Shown piece by piece: positions 1 through 14,800 of a stretch of 64,000 nt of DNA. The stretch comes from Microbotryum violaceum (Eukaryota). The notes below the pieces were generated by a model. It had not been told where the DNA came from, made no database searches, and worked only from the letters and a program-made list of their open reading frames with translations. The stretch's first letter is position 1; every line of letters starts with the position of its first letter. Position numbers and translations under genes: made by a program. Location: contig CDLV01000004.1 of assembly GCA_001244265.2 (NCBI GenBank), forward strand, positions 1,736,001 through 1,800,000, read 5' to 3'.

Positions 1-1
1 C

Positions 2-1145
2 TCCGACGAGCTCGAGCTACCGTCGCTGCCTGAAGCCCTCCTCGTTACGCGGCACGCCATGTCCTTTGGCATCCCCAAAAGAGTCCCCTCCCTGGCCAAC
101 AAAGGACTCGCCGAGGTCGTTTTCGGTCAAGGTCGGAAAGGTTTGACACCCGATTCGCCGTGGTTCCCCAAGCATCTCGAGTTATTGGGCGATCGTGAAG
201 CGAGTCGAGTCGCGTCGCAAGTCCTTCTGCTCGCGCTACAAATGATGGAGAATACTCGCAAGCCCCGACAAAAGACCTTGAATATGAGCCAATTGTAAGT
301 CATCTTCGAGAATAGACTAAGACAATAATCAAGATGGAAGTGCTGAACCACTCCTTCTACTGCTTTATTCAAGGTCAAGCGCCATGACGACCAATAAGAT
401 CATGTACGAGTGGGCTCGCGAGGTCGGCCTAGTCCAGGAACTCGAACGCAAAGGTGGGATGAGTGAAGGCCAGATCAAGACCATTTCCATCAAGAAGCTC
501 GCCGACCACTTTGAAACTTTCCTCGGCGCTCTTCACGTCGACCAAGGTACCGCAGGGCCGGACTACTTCTTGGCTCCCCTGTTCGTGCGCGAGTATAATC
601 GCCTGTTGGGGGTCAACCTCCTCCTCGATGGTGCTTGTAGCGAACGCTCGCCTCAAGCTTTCAAGACTTGGATTCCCAATACGATATCGTTTGAGGACTA
701 CAAGGATATGCAAGGCGTACTCGAGGCTTCGAAGCGAACGACGGGAGAGACGGATCGACTGAACACCAAGAGAACTGATGAATCGACAGCGACCGCTCCG
801 GCGCCAACTTCGGCCCCGTCCAAGCCGTTGTTCCCTTCCAAGCCCGCAGCGAGCGTCAAGACAAGCGGACCTGTGTCGAAGACACCCAAATCCAAGAAGC
901 CAAGCGTTTCTACCCCGCTTTCAGCGCCCTTGTTGGAGAAGAAGGCCAAAGCGAACGAACCAAAGTCCAAGCCTCAACCTCAAGTCACACCAAAGAAGCC
1001 GACAGCGCCCAAGTTGCCGCAGATCAAGCCCAAGAGAGTCTCGGTCGTAATGGCCAAAGCTTCTGTTGTCGAGACCAGGGCGATTTCGACGACGGCAGTT
1101 CAGTCGGGCAAGAAGGGTAAAGGTGCTCGCGCCAAGGCTGAGTGA
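2..1145 (+). CDS. RNase III catalytic-domain protein with K/P-rich low-complexity tail (5' end outside window; intron 295-373)
   Basis: LELLGD signature in exon 1 and KKLADHFETFLGAL in exon 2. A GTAAGT...AAG intron at 295-373 joins them in frame (SQL|SSAMTTNK). The frame is open from base 2. Confidence 0.8.
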
Positions 1146-1270
1146 TCGCGAGTGGGTCTTGCGTGTGCTGCGTTTTCCTCCCTGCCATTATCCCGAGTTT
1201 GTCTGTCGGAGCGGTATCTGTCTGTCGCTGCCTGTGGATCCATATCTATCTCTCTTGGTCCTTCTTACTT

Positions 1271-2480
1271 CCTCCGATTGCTGCGCAGCTGTCTTTGGCA
1301 CTTGCGCCAGTCGCTGTTCTTCCCACTCGCGGCGGAGCGCATCTTCGGTCAACCTCGAATCGTAGGCAATGATGCTATTAAGCTCTTCCTCAGCAGCGAC
1401 ACCCTTGTCGTTTGCCTCATGGTAGCGACGATAGAACCAGGCCCCTAAATAAAACATATCGAGTGTCAGCATTGTGATTGAGATAATTGCGATCCAGGTG
1501 CGGCTTACCCAGCTTGTTGACGGTCGCGTCATTCAGTGCTTGGATATGTTGGAATACGAATCGACGGTGCCTGCGAGAAGGTCCCCGCTGTCCTCCTCGC
1601 ATGTTTCGAGAGCGCGGTAACTCGTCGATCGCGTTGCTTCCGAAGGTCTTTGTCCTGTATGCGCGGAAGGCAGGCTTTAAGCATGTGCCCATGAGACGAT
1701 GGCGGCGTCCAAACTCACCCAAGAATGTCCCGTATAGTGACCCCGACCCCACCCACAACGGGAGTAATACTCTTCGAGGCCGTCCGCATAGCCGGTGATA
1801 TCGCGGGGCTGACCTTCCAGCTTGCGTGGGCCTGCTCGACCAGTCGAAATGAGAAGGCGGTCATCGGCATTGAAGCGGTCGAAGAGATGAACCCTAGTTG
1901 GGCCAAGCGTTCGACGTCCGTAGCACACCGCGACTCGGAAGCACAGAAGGTGACCTGCAATTTGTAGACCGACGGTTTGGACTTGTATCTTCTCTTCGGC
2001 GGCATGGCGATGCCGAGTCAAGTGCATGAGCAAGAGGACGAACGCGAGCCGTGGGGCCTGTACAGTCGATGGCGACGCTACAATGAGCTGTAACGAAAGC
2101 AACGAGGTGAGGCGGCAAGTCAAGTGGAAGGTCCCTCGCGTGCCGACTGCCGCCAACGCGTGTGCTCGGACCCTTCGATCTCGGGACCGAAATCCCGCGC
2201 GACCGCTTCGGACACGTGACATTGACAACATCCGAAAGATGCGTGAAAAATATGAAGGAAGGAATGCATCTGCTACCCACTTTCCTAATCAATCTAGCAG
2301 CTGTGAGAGTGTTGTGTGTACACAGAATCGACTCGAAGCAGAGAGTTGGGTGTAACCTGGGCCAAGTCGGCGCCCTGGGGTAGCAAGGGTACACCCCGCT
2401 GGGGCAGTGACTTGGAAGGCACGTGAGGGGGCGCTGCGCGCGCGCCTGTTTAGGCGTATTTTTTATGTCTGCCCGAGGTG
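1271..2480 (-). mobile_element. Truncated, internally deleted inverted copy of the KDZ (Kyakuja-type) element at 52963-62450
   Basis: Near-identical reverse complement of 52963-~53898 joined at ~1546 to ~54828-55100. Ends in the TIR ...TATGTCTGCCCGAGGTG at 2480. Confidence 0.93.
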
Positions 2481-2687
2481 TTGAAGTGAGGCGGCTGCGA
2501 GCGGGACCGTAAGCGTGTTTCTCAAGCTTAGGCATACCATCTTTGCGTGTACCTGGTGTTAGTGTAAAGATACCGAATTCGGGCAAGTTAACAAGAGAGT
2601 ACTATTCACATGTACATCATGTGTTCGACTTTCCTTCTTCCCCTTCTTCCCTTCTTTTCTTCATTTCCTCTTTTCTTCTCTTTTTTC

Positions 2688-5252
<2,565 letters not shown>

Positions 5253-5254
5253 CT

Positions 5255-5335
5255 AAACGTGTGTTTCGTCCCAAAATGTCAAATGTTTGCAATGCGCCTC
5301 GACGATTTTCAGGATTTTGGGTCCTCAAAATGTCA

Positions 5336-5366
<31 letters not shown>

Positions 5367-5478
5367 CCGGCTGGGCTTTCTGGGGTCCTACTGAAAGTGC
5401 GGCTGAGGACCCAAAATTCTGAAAATCGTTGAGGCGCATTGCAAAAAAATTGACATTTTGGGACGAAACACACGTTTT
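5255..5478. repeat. Foldback/MITE-like inverted repeat (~72-bp arms, poly-A in spacer)
   Basis: AAACGTGTGTTTCGTCCCAAAATGTCAA...GGGTCCTC versus GAGGACCCAAAAT...TTGACATTTTGGGACGAAACACACGTTT. Confidence 0.85.
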
Positions 5479-5752
5479 GCCCCCGGGGCGCCTTTGCAGA
5501 TTTTGACATCTTTCCCGTGGGTTGACGCAATTTTGGCCTACCCTGAGCAGCCTCCGGCATGACTTTGGGCCCGTTCGCCTTCGCTTCGAGACGCGTGTCG
5601 CGATACTCGCGCTTTTTTTTATTTGACCAGTGGGAACCCGTTAAATTAACGGAGGGTGAAATTCAAATAGCAGGAGAATCGAACAGTCTACATGGTTTCA
5701 ACAGAGGTTAAATAAACACACTACGAAGTACAGCAAAGAAACAGTTCTTCAT

Positions 5753-7700
5753 TCACAAACAGCCTGCCCGTTGCTTGTTGCCAAAAACGTTGTCGTCGCA
5801 GAGTCGGTTCAACTTGGATTCAAACGCTCGTGCAATGAGTTCCGGTCGGTTGCTTGCTTGGTCGTTCGGCCCCAGTGCAGCCTTGATTTCAGGCCATTCG
5901 GGGTTGCACGTCACCGTGATGAACAGCGAAGGCTTTCCATATTTTACGACGCACGCCATCGCATCTTGGTAACGCTGCGTGTTCTCGCGCGGTCTATTCT
6001 TGAACGTTGAGCCCAAAATCACCGAACATCCAACTTGATCCGGGGTCAAGCTGATGATGCCTTAGCCCGTGGTGAGGCGGAGGTTTTTCTTGATCCAACT
6101 GGAGGTAAGTTGAGTCGATCGGTCTCGACCTGGGAGTATCCGTCATCACGAACGCCAGGAAGGCACGTTGGGTACAATGCGGGATTGAGAAGTACTCGTC
6201 GCGTTTGTGCAAGTAGTACACAAATGCTTGTGAACGCGAGACTCGCCACCTCGATCCCCTTGATTTGAGCTTCGTCCTAGATGTTCAAACGTTCAATGTC
6301 AGTCTGTGCAGTCTGTGCGTGCGCCTTAACAGAATGGAACATCCGAGAACCGAAGGCGCTTCACCATCACCATTCTCTTCGTCCCCTTCCTCCTCGTCTT
6401 CATCCTCTTCGTCGGCGAAGGGTGACCCAGCTTGGTTGGAACTGCACAGAGGAATGTTGGGGAGGAAGCCATCTTCTCCTGCAGGGAATAGGAGTGGGTA
6501 ACGGAGAGGCGTCGCAGACGGATGGAGCGAGCTGACAACTTGGTACTTGGGCCGACCTTCGGGACATCGATCACCGTGCACCTGGAGAATAAGGTCTTGC
6601 GGTCCACGATCTCCCGTGTCGGTGGCGGAATCGCAGATAAGCATCGCCATTTCGGTGCTCGACGTAGGAAGGTTGTGTGTGCGTCGGTCTCGGCCAGGGG
6701 GTAGGCAGAGGCGCAGGACCCACTCTTTGGCCTAACCTGCGCGAGCTTTGGCCGATGCAAGTTCCTCACCAAGCGATTGCCGGTACGCAACGTAGAATCG
6801 AGCTTGGTCAAAGTAGATCTTTGTATGCGACTGTCTGCGCCGTCGGGTCCAAGTTCAGTGCCAGTGGCCTCGGCCGGGCAGATGAGCCATGTTTTGGCAA
6901 AGGTTGGGCGCTGATTGACGGCAGGATTCAGGGCGCCGAGAGGCGCCGAGTCGATGGTAAAGGCGTCGAAATATCCGAAACATGCGGGGTCCTTGAGTGC
7001 CTAGTCGAGTCTGGTCAAAGCGGGCAGCGAGCGAAGTGAAGACAGCACGTTCAAGTTGTTGTACGACCGGGCATTCTCGCGGAATGCAACCGTCTCTGTG
7101 TAGGCGGGTCGAACAGTTCAGCATGTGGGCCTACGACAGACTGGAGAGACTGACCGCTATCCGAGCCTTCAAGAAGCTGCCGATACTCGGGATTGGGCTG
7201 GGGAGGGGGAGGTAGCTGCACCTTACCCTGCGAGCAGCACGTGCTGAAGTGTCCGGTTCGTCCTTTGCACTCCCAGTGTCGAGCCTTGCAGTGGGCACAC
7301 ACGGCCATCTGGGGCCAATTAGTCGCGGATGGGAACGTGGGGCTTGAGTGGTTTGAGCGCGGTTCGAGGCCTGTCACTTGCTCTGCGCAGGAAGAGGTGG
7401 TGGTGGGGCGAGCTCAGCGTCGGATCGACCATCGGGCCCTCGCGCTGACCACGCTGTCCGTTCTACAAAGCTGTACGGCGGACGCTTATACGGGTCGCAA
7501 TATCAAGATCGGTCGAGTGGTTGTCATCACGCGCGGGGAGCTGATTCTGTTGATCGGAGCGGGACAAAGAGGAGAGTCGAGCAGCCGGCTCAGCGGCAGG
7601 CGCTCGAGCAAGCTCGAGCAGGCCCATGGTCTCCCATGGTACGGCGATACGCTATCCTCGCGCCAGAGACTCGGCGCGGTTGTCACGAAGATTCGATGAG
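5753..7700 (-). mobile_element. Helitron Rep (Helitron_like_N) remnant, frameshifted and 3'-truncated
   Basis: YQDAMACVVKYGKPSLFITVTCNPEWPEI, RPELIARAFESKL, PLRYPLLFPAGEDG and the N-terminal CAHCKARHW...CCSQGKVQLP zinc motif, spread over several broken frames. Confidence 0.9.
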
Positions 7701-8873
7701 AGTAGGAGGGAAAAGGCGAAATTTGGAGAGAGTAGCGCCGGAGTGTTCACAGCGCCTGGAACCTCATGTTGTTGTTGAGCCCCTAAAACCGGTATCGGGA
7801 TGCCAGAAATACGTCACGTGATCGACGGGGCATCGCGCAGCGTAGCGGTGCCCGCGTCCGCGCGTCAACGACAGCGAGACCACGCCTGAGCTCTGTAGAA
7901 GAAGTGTCATGCAAACCCACGCGCTTGCTATACACTAAATCATACACAAACTGCTCAATAGTTGCGCACCCCGCCAAAAATCAACAAAAACTGTCCTCGG
8001 GCTGCAGCCCGACTTTTATGGTGCAGAAAATGCGAAAAGGGTCGTACATGACTTCTGGTCGGGGCGCCAAAATCACAGGCAGGTGCGGCAGACGCAACAC
8101 TGTACTGGTACATTCACTATAGGCGGCCCAGAGGGCCGCAACACAGTCAAAAACAGCGATTTTAGGTACATGGTCGCGGATCGACACTTTTTTTTACTAG
8201 TTAGGGTAATAGGGTAATGTCTTTGGTTTGGGCTTGGAGGCAAATTCCCTCACGGACACGGCCCCGCGAAGAAACCGGCGACCCAACCGGCGCAATCTGC
8301 GCCGGTTGACGGGAGAGCTCGCCCCCCAGCCCAAACCAAGCGAGTTCCTAAGTAATTTCGATATCCCATATTTCACAATGAAGATCACTGCGGCCATGAA
8401 GCGGCGGAACGTATTAGGGGACTGGCGGAAACACGGTCAACGCGAAGAGCTGAGACCTGAGCTGAGCGTAGAGGAGCGCAGGATGAGCAGGAGGCAAGTC
8501 ACAAATCACCCTCCGCACTTGCGAGCTCATCAAACGCAATCTCAAACTCCTCTGATTGATCGTAGGCTTGAACCAAAAGTGCACCTCCCGGCGAGCTGAG
8601 CTGAGAAACATCGCCTGACATTGCGCGGGCCGCGATGAGATTGACTTGGCGCCACTACCGTTCGAATGAGTTGCTCTTCCAGCGACCAATAACTTTCACT
8701 GTCTCCGGTGGAATCCCCTCGAGAAGCTAATGGGTGGCGCCACCGATACGGAAGGAGTGACCGGACACGGGCGGACGATCCGCTGCCTTCAAGGTTTGAT
8801 TCACACGCGAGAGGAAGCACGTACACATAACCGCTCTACTCGCTTGTCACTTTGGGCTCACATAAGGTTGGCT

Positions 8874-11800
8874 TTTGGGCCCACGTCGGAGGCACTCTGG
8901 TCCCACGTCGGAGGCACTCTGGTCCCACATCGGAGGCGACTCTGGTCCCACATCGGAGGCGACTTTGGGATCACATCGATGCGGACTTTGGGATCACATC
9001 CGAGGTCATTCTTGTACCACGTTCATGGGAACTTTGGTACCACATAGTGTAGAGGCCTGTATCTCTTGCAATATGTGATGTATCACTCTGGGGAATGTAG
9101 TATAATGTATGTACAGGTCTATAGTACTTCTGGCGGGTGAGACGAGGCGGACAATGCAGTAGTTGCTACATCGGGGTTCTTCCCCGTTGTGCCGCTCCGC
9201 GCCCGTGTCAGCGGTTAAACCTTACGCCGATCGTCACGAGGCAGCAAGCGTAGCTTGCAATAATATCATAGGGTGGAGCAAACGTTTTTTTCTTGCTGAC
9301 TAGAATACTTATGCGGTAATGGCATAATCACTACATGGGTGAGCTGTAGTGTTCCTCAGGCCTGCAATCGTTAGCACCCTTATTCGAGAAAATTCAAACA
9401 TTCGGCGAAAGCCCTGGGGCCGCGCCAAAACTCGCAGGCGCTCGTCGTTTGACGGGCTACACCGGCAAACTCACGAATGCCCCTGAAAGCAGCTCCTTTC
9501 CTCAGAGCTTCACACGCTCACTGGTCTTTCCTCCCACTCTCTCTTTCTTCTTACACATAAAGTCCTCAGGTAAACACTCCTCCCTATCTTAGTCGCGCGG
9601 AAATACTGTGCATCTCGAGCAAACGACGCCCAGTGAAGGGTTTACCTTCAAGGTAGATGGCGCCAGTCGCACTCATCATGTCGACAGGAGAAATGAGCCA
9701 ACTGCTCCAAAAACAAAGGGGGCCGACCACCCATCGCGTTGCAGGAACAAAGCTCCCCAGAGGGATACGCATCGGAAGTTGACTCGGAAGTGGATGAGGA
9801 TGAGGACAGTCTGCAAGTCTTGGCAGCTTTGGTCCCGGTTCCCTCAAAGTCCTCGATATCTAGCCCCTCCGCAGTCTCGGGGCTTTTAATCTCTCCAAAG
9901 AGCCGTTCGAGAGACTCCGACGAGGATTCGGCAGACGAGGGTTACTACGGAGTCGACGACGACAATTCGGACGAGAAATCAATTGACATCATCTTCTGTC
10001 AAAAGGGTATTACTGTTTCATCCCACTTAGAATAGTTTAGTATCTAGTTGTTGATATTAGCCGCGCGCGCGCCTCTAGCCTTCCAAGTGCGCACGCCCTT
10101 AGCGCTTCTCTCTCTTCTCCAACTATCTTTACTATCTTCTTCGGCTCTCGTGCTTACGTACATTGTGCCTCGGGCCTCAGGTTCCTAAAATCTTCTCGGC
10201 ACTACTCCTGGCTTGGAACGACAAGAAGATCCTTGACCGGCACACGTACGAGCCCTCTCAACAGGACAAAGATATATTGAACACGACGCACGAGGCAATT
10301 TTCTCAAACATGATCCTCACGACTGCAGAGCACAACGAGCTCCGTCTCAGGTCGCTTGTTCTCAATTGTCGCAAGCCGAGGTCCGAATGGGAATTTGTAC
10401 GCAAACTTCCTGTCCTGGAGCTCCCAAAGTTCATGGCTACAGAGGTATGTTGAAGCTGCATGCTGCGCTGCGTTTTGTTTCGTCCTGTGAACGACCTAAC
10501 TTTCATTGGTGCAATCTATTAACAGAAGCATGACTGGGCTCCACGCAAATATGAACGCTGTCTTGCTGTCGTCGAGCGACCTTACGGTGACGTGCCCTCG
10601 TCTACTCATCATCAACATCCGTCGGAGGTGGCAGTGGGGATCGAATGGCGTCCGGAAGTGCCTATCACCCTTCGAGAAGCTTGGAGTCAACCCGGCGAAG
10701 GTCGACCTGTTGCGGAGGTTCTACGGATTACACATTGTTGCTCGGGGGCCTGTAAAAGAGTTCGGGTCAAGGATGGCAAACTTGGGTACAAGAAACGAGA
10801 CAATGACAAGGACCCCGGGAAAACATGCTCTACTCAACTCAAGGTGATCATCCCGGATAGGAAATCAAAGGAGCTTGGGTTGGGTGGCTGATAAGACTCT
10901 CTGTTACCTTCTTCGTCCCTTGTGTAGATCCTCGTTCAGGCCGACGATCTTTCATCGGCGCTGGTGTACACCCTCGGCAACCATGAAGGACGCCAACCAC
11001 CGCCGAACGTCCGACGTCCAGCCCCTTTCATTCGTGCGTTGGCGCATCAGGAAGTCTTTCGGCAGGCCAACACGCCCACGCTTGCATTTCAAAGTGAGTG
11101 TGTGCTCCAAGTTTGCACAAGAAGTTTCCACTTCTCAAGACTGACCATCAGTTCCTTTCTCGATGATGAACTCGATCATTTCACAGATATGAACCAGCGG
11201 AAGTCGGTCTGGGAGAAACAGAACGAGATCATTCTCCCGCAGTACAGGAAAGTCGGCGCAAAACAGCTGCGCAATATGTTCAGGGCAAAAGGTCGACAGA
11301 ACGCGCAGCATGGATCCGCCTTGTACTCGCTAGCTCGCACGGCTGAACTGAGACCGTTCACCCTTCAAAATGCAACGGAGCCCGAGACACGCGGAGTGGC
11401 CTAGTGAGTGATCACGATCTAAGCTGCTTGCCGATTTGATGAGCTAACAAGCGGCGGAGGTATTTACCCTTGTCAGCTTTCAACCTTTTAATGAGAAAAC
11501 GAAGCAGCCGTTGATCTGCGTCCTTGCCTCCCTCCACTCCATCGACGTGTTGATTTCCTTCGCCACAGTTGGGAACGATTCAGGCGATTGGTCGCGGTTT
11601 GTTGGACTTGACTCAAGCTGGCGATACCTGAACGAGAACCGCGCCCCCTCACCGCCCTCGTCGCGACTGGCTTGAAAGACAAACTTGCGCTAGGTGAGAG
11701 CCCGGGAAGCACTTAAAAGAAAGGTCCGGACGAGTACAAAGACTCATTTCATCGCTTATGTATTGTCTTCTTCAGGTCCTATGCTTCTCTCCAGTGATGT

Positions 11801-14800
11801 GAAGGCAGATACTCTTGTCATCTACTTGGACACGGTAAAGAGGCTGTTCAAGGAGCGCGCCGCGATCCTTGTAAGGAGTGCGTTGTAAGATGGGTTGACC
11901 AGGGTGTGCTGCGCGTCACGACAGTTTTGAGAGGAGTCGCTCACGCCCTTCTGTACCGTCGACGATTTGCATGCGTACTTCAGAAGCTCGTGAGAATGGG
12001 CCCAATTTACCCGGCTCGTCCCCCAGGTTGCCAAATCTTCTCCAAAATGCCGAATTCATCTTGGAAAATCAGTGGCAACCACCAAATTTCATGATCGACA
12101 AAGGTCGGACTGAGCTCAACGCCTTGACACTCTGTAAGCGCCGCTGCTTGCTAGGGCTACTATATGAGATGTGCAGACTGCTCTCACGATTTTGAATTCC
12201 TGATGATCGTCGTCTTCTGCATCTACGTTACTATAGGGAAAGAAAAGCACAACCTCAACTTTCACATACGCCTTTGCCAATTCCACGTGGTTCAGGCCAT
12301 TATTCGGTGGTCGAGTGACAGGAATGACGGCGAAAGGGGCAACACCCTCAAGCCTTCTCGGATTGCTCGCAAGACGTTGATCAACATTTTGTACGAATTT
12401 CGATCCATCATCCAGCGCTTTCGTTTCATACGCACCGAGCATGAAACAGATGCCGAGGCGACAGCTCGGCGCTCGGCTGAGATCGAAGGGAAGAAGCGGG
12501 CGTTCTTTGAAAAATCGGACGCATGGATCGACGAAGAGTTCCGAAGTCGTCGCAAGCCAGCAGCAAACAAATCAGACGTCACCAAGAAGTCGGAACTGGG
12601 TTGCAACAGCCGAGAAGAAGAACAATTACAAGCAAAGAAGGATAACTTTCGGGCGTATTTCAATGTTGACTGGTTCGTACAAGAGTGGATCGGTGAGTCT
12701 TACTTATTCCTTCTTTACGTGTTCTCTCACAGTTTTTTTGGCTCACGCATTTCCACAATTCTGAAGAAACATACACAGATGATGGTTACCCTTTGGCGTT
12801 TCACGGGAAGCCATCAACACCAACAACGTGACTGAACGAGCCTTCAAGACCATCCAGCAAGAGCATCTCCACGGCCGAGCCAACAAGAGGTATTGCGTAG
12901 CACCGGACTCAAGGAGCGAATCTCGACGGAAGAGCTGACAATTCTGCTTGCGCTCTGCACCTGCTAGGATCGACAATCTCGTTGTGGTCTTACCCGACAA
13001 TGCTCTAGTTTATGACATTTGGAAGGACGTATCGAATGCAAAACTGGATCATGTTCTTCGAGATACTCTGGCAAATTCGATGGACATCTGGGAGCTTCGA
13101 CAGTTCCGCCCTACCGAAAAGGAGGGCCAGTGGGTGCTAAGTTTACGGTGAGGTTTTACGGGTACCAGTGCCTTGGCTACCAAGCCCTTACTGACGCAAG
13201 AATGCTTCGGATTTCAAACTCAGATCCATGGATTCATCAATCACTCTCGATACTCGCGCGCCTTATTGTCCTTGTCGCGCATTCAAGCAAACAGGAAATA
13301 AATGCGCTCATCTTTGGGCGTGCGATCTGCTGGTTCACAATGGCGACTACCACACAGCGATGAGTGCGTCCGAAAGCTTTGATCACCCTCGTAGCGGCTT
13401 CACAAGCCTACAATCTGACAATTGGTGTGGGATTTCTCTTGCAGACCGCATCATGGTAGCAGCAGCAGCGGCAAAAGCAATGTCGGACATGCGGGACGGA
13501 ACAAAATCAAGCAAGCTCCACGACGCCTCCGTCGAAGCCTTGGTCGACAAAGTATTGGACTCTAAAATGCCATCGGCTTTGGTGGACGACAACGAGCCAG
13601 ACGAGCCCTTGTCAGAGGACGAACTCGACGAACGCGACGAGGTGGATTCGGACGTCGAGGACGAGGACGAACGCGCTGCCGATATAGCCGATGTTGCTGA
13701 ATTTCAGCCCAACTGCTCAACTGTCAAAGGTGAGCAATGTCTGAACGCCTTGCCGGAACGGAGACTTCCGTTCCAATCTGGTCTTTTTCTGTCACACAGG
13801 CAGATCAGCCAGGAATCGGCCATTGAAACCCCATCGTAGCAAGAAGACAGCCAAACCAAAACTCTCAAAATCGAAGTCAAATTCAGGGGTCACGCTCGAG
13901 CACTCGGGAGAGTCGATGGCAAAGCAACGGCAGCATTTAGACGTTGAATACGCGACAAGCTTAATCCTGATCAACTTCGTCCAAAAACTTCCAAACACAC
14001 CATCTTTGAGAACGGAACCACTCAGTTTGGGAAGACCCGTGGACGCCCACGTGAGCCGAAATTTTCCAACAGCTTATCCTCGACCAAAGATCACGCGGCT
14101 GCCAAGCGAATGGCGGCCATTCCCGAGGTCATAGACATCGAAGAACTGAGCGACGACGAGAGGCCACCATGCCAGCTCGCGCCGTTACAAGAAGGACGTC
14201 TTCCACTCGACATCTACGATACAGTTCAGCCGGAGGAGCGCCGAAGCAATGTTTCCGCCGTCAAGGACATTATCAAGCGCATTCCCAACGAGGTTCAGAA
14301 GGTTGATTGGGACGTATTCCTCGACATTCACGCCGGCGACCACGCACCAGGCCTGAACTTGAGCTCCTTGTGCGAAATGGCCAACGCCAATTTGTGGTTG
14401 AGGGCTTCGCACATCGATGCTTTCAGCAGCGCTATCAATCGGTTCCAAGGCCAATTGCCTTTCAATGGTCGGTCAAAAGAGGTTCGTGACCTTGAACCAA
14501 CATGCTACGCATTCTATCTCCAAGGAGGAAAGTGCGCCAAGGGAATTGGAGGCACTCGACCAACCGAGCGGCAGCAGGGGGTGAGTTCGGATGGGAGTTC
14601 GCGAGCATATCTTTCTATCATTATTGACAGGAGGCCTGCCTCTTTGTTTGCGCTGCCCCTTTACCAGATTATCCTTTCTCGAACACCAGTTCTACTCTTC
14701 CCAACTCATGTCACCAATCATTGGATACTTGTCGAGGCACGCCTTTCGGATTGTACATTTCGGGTGTACGACTCTCTTTTTGGCAGGGAGAACATGCGCA

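Noticed and set aside
8198-8218. TTAGGG-like telomeric seed
   Set aside because: Only one perfect unit is present, which is not significant.
8874-9005. Regular 21-bp repeats resembling a CRISPR array
   Set aside because: There are no unique spacers, the context is eukaryotic, and the array is mirrored at 17535-17622 as part of the MULE TIRs.
9997-10162. Possible solo LTR inside the MULE (TG...CA, GCGC tract like 63225)
   Set aside because: There is no matching target-site duplication and the similarity is too short.
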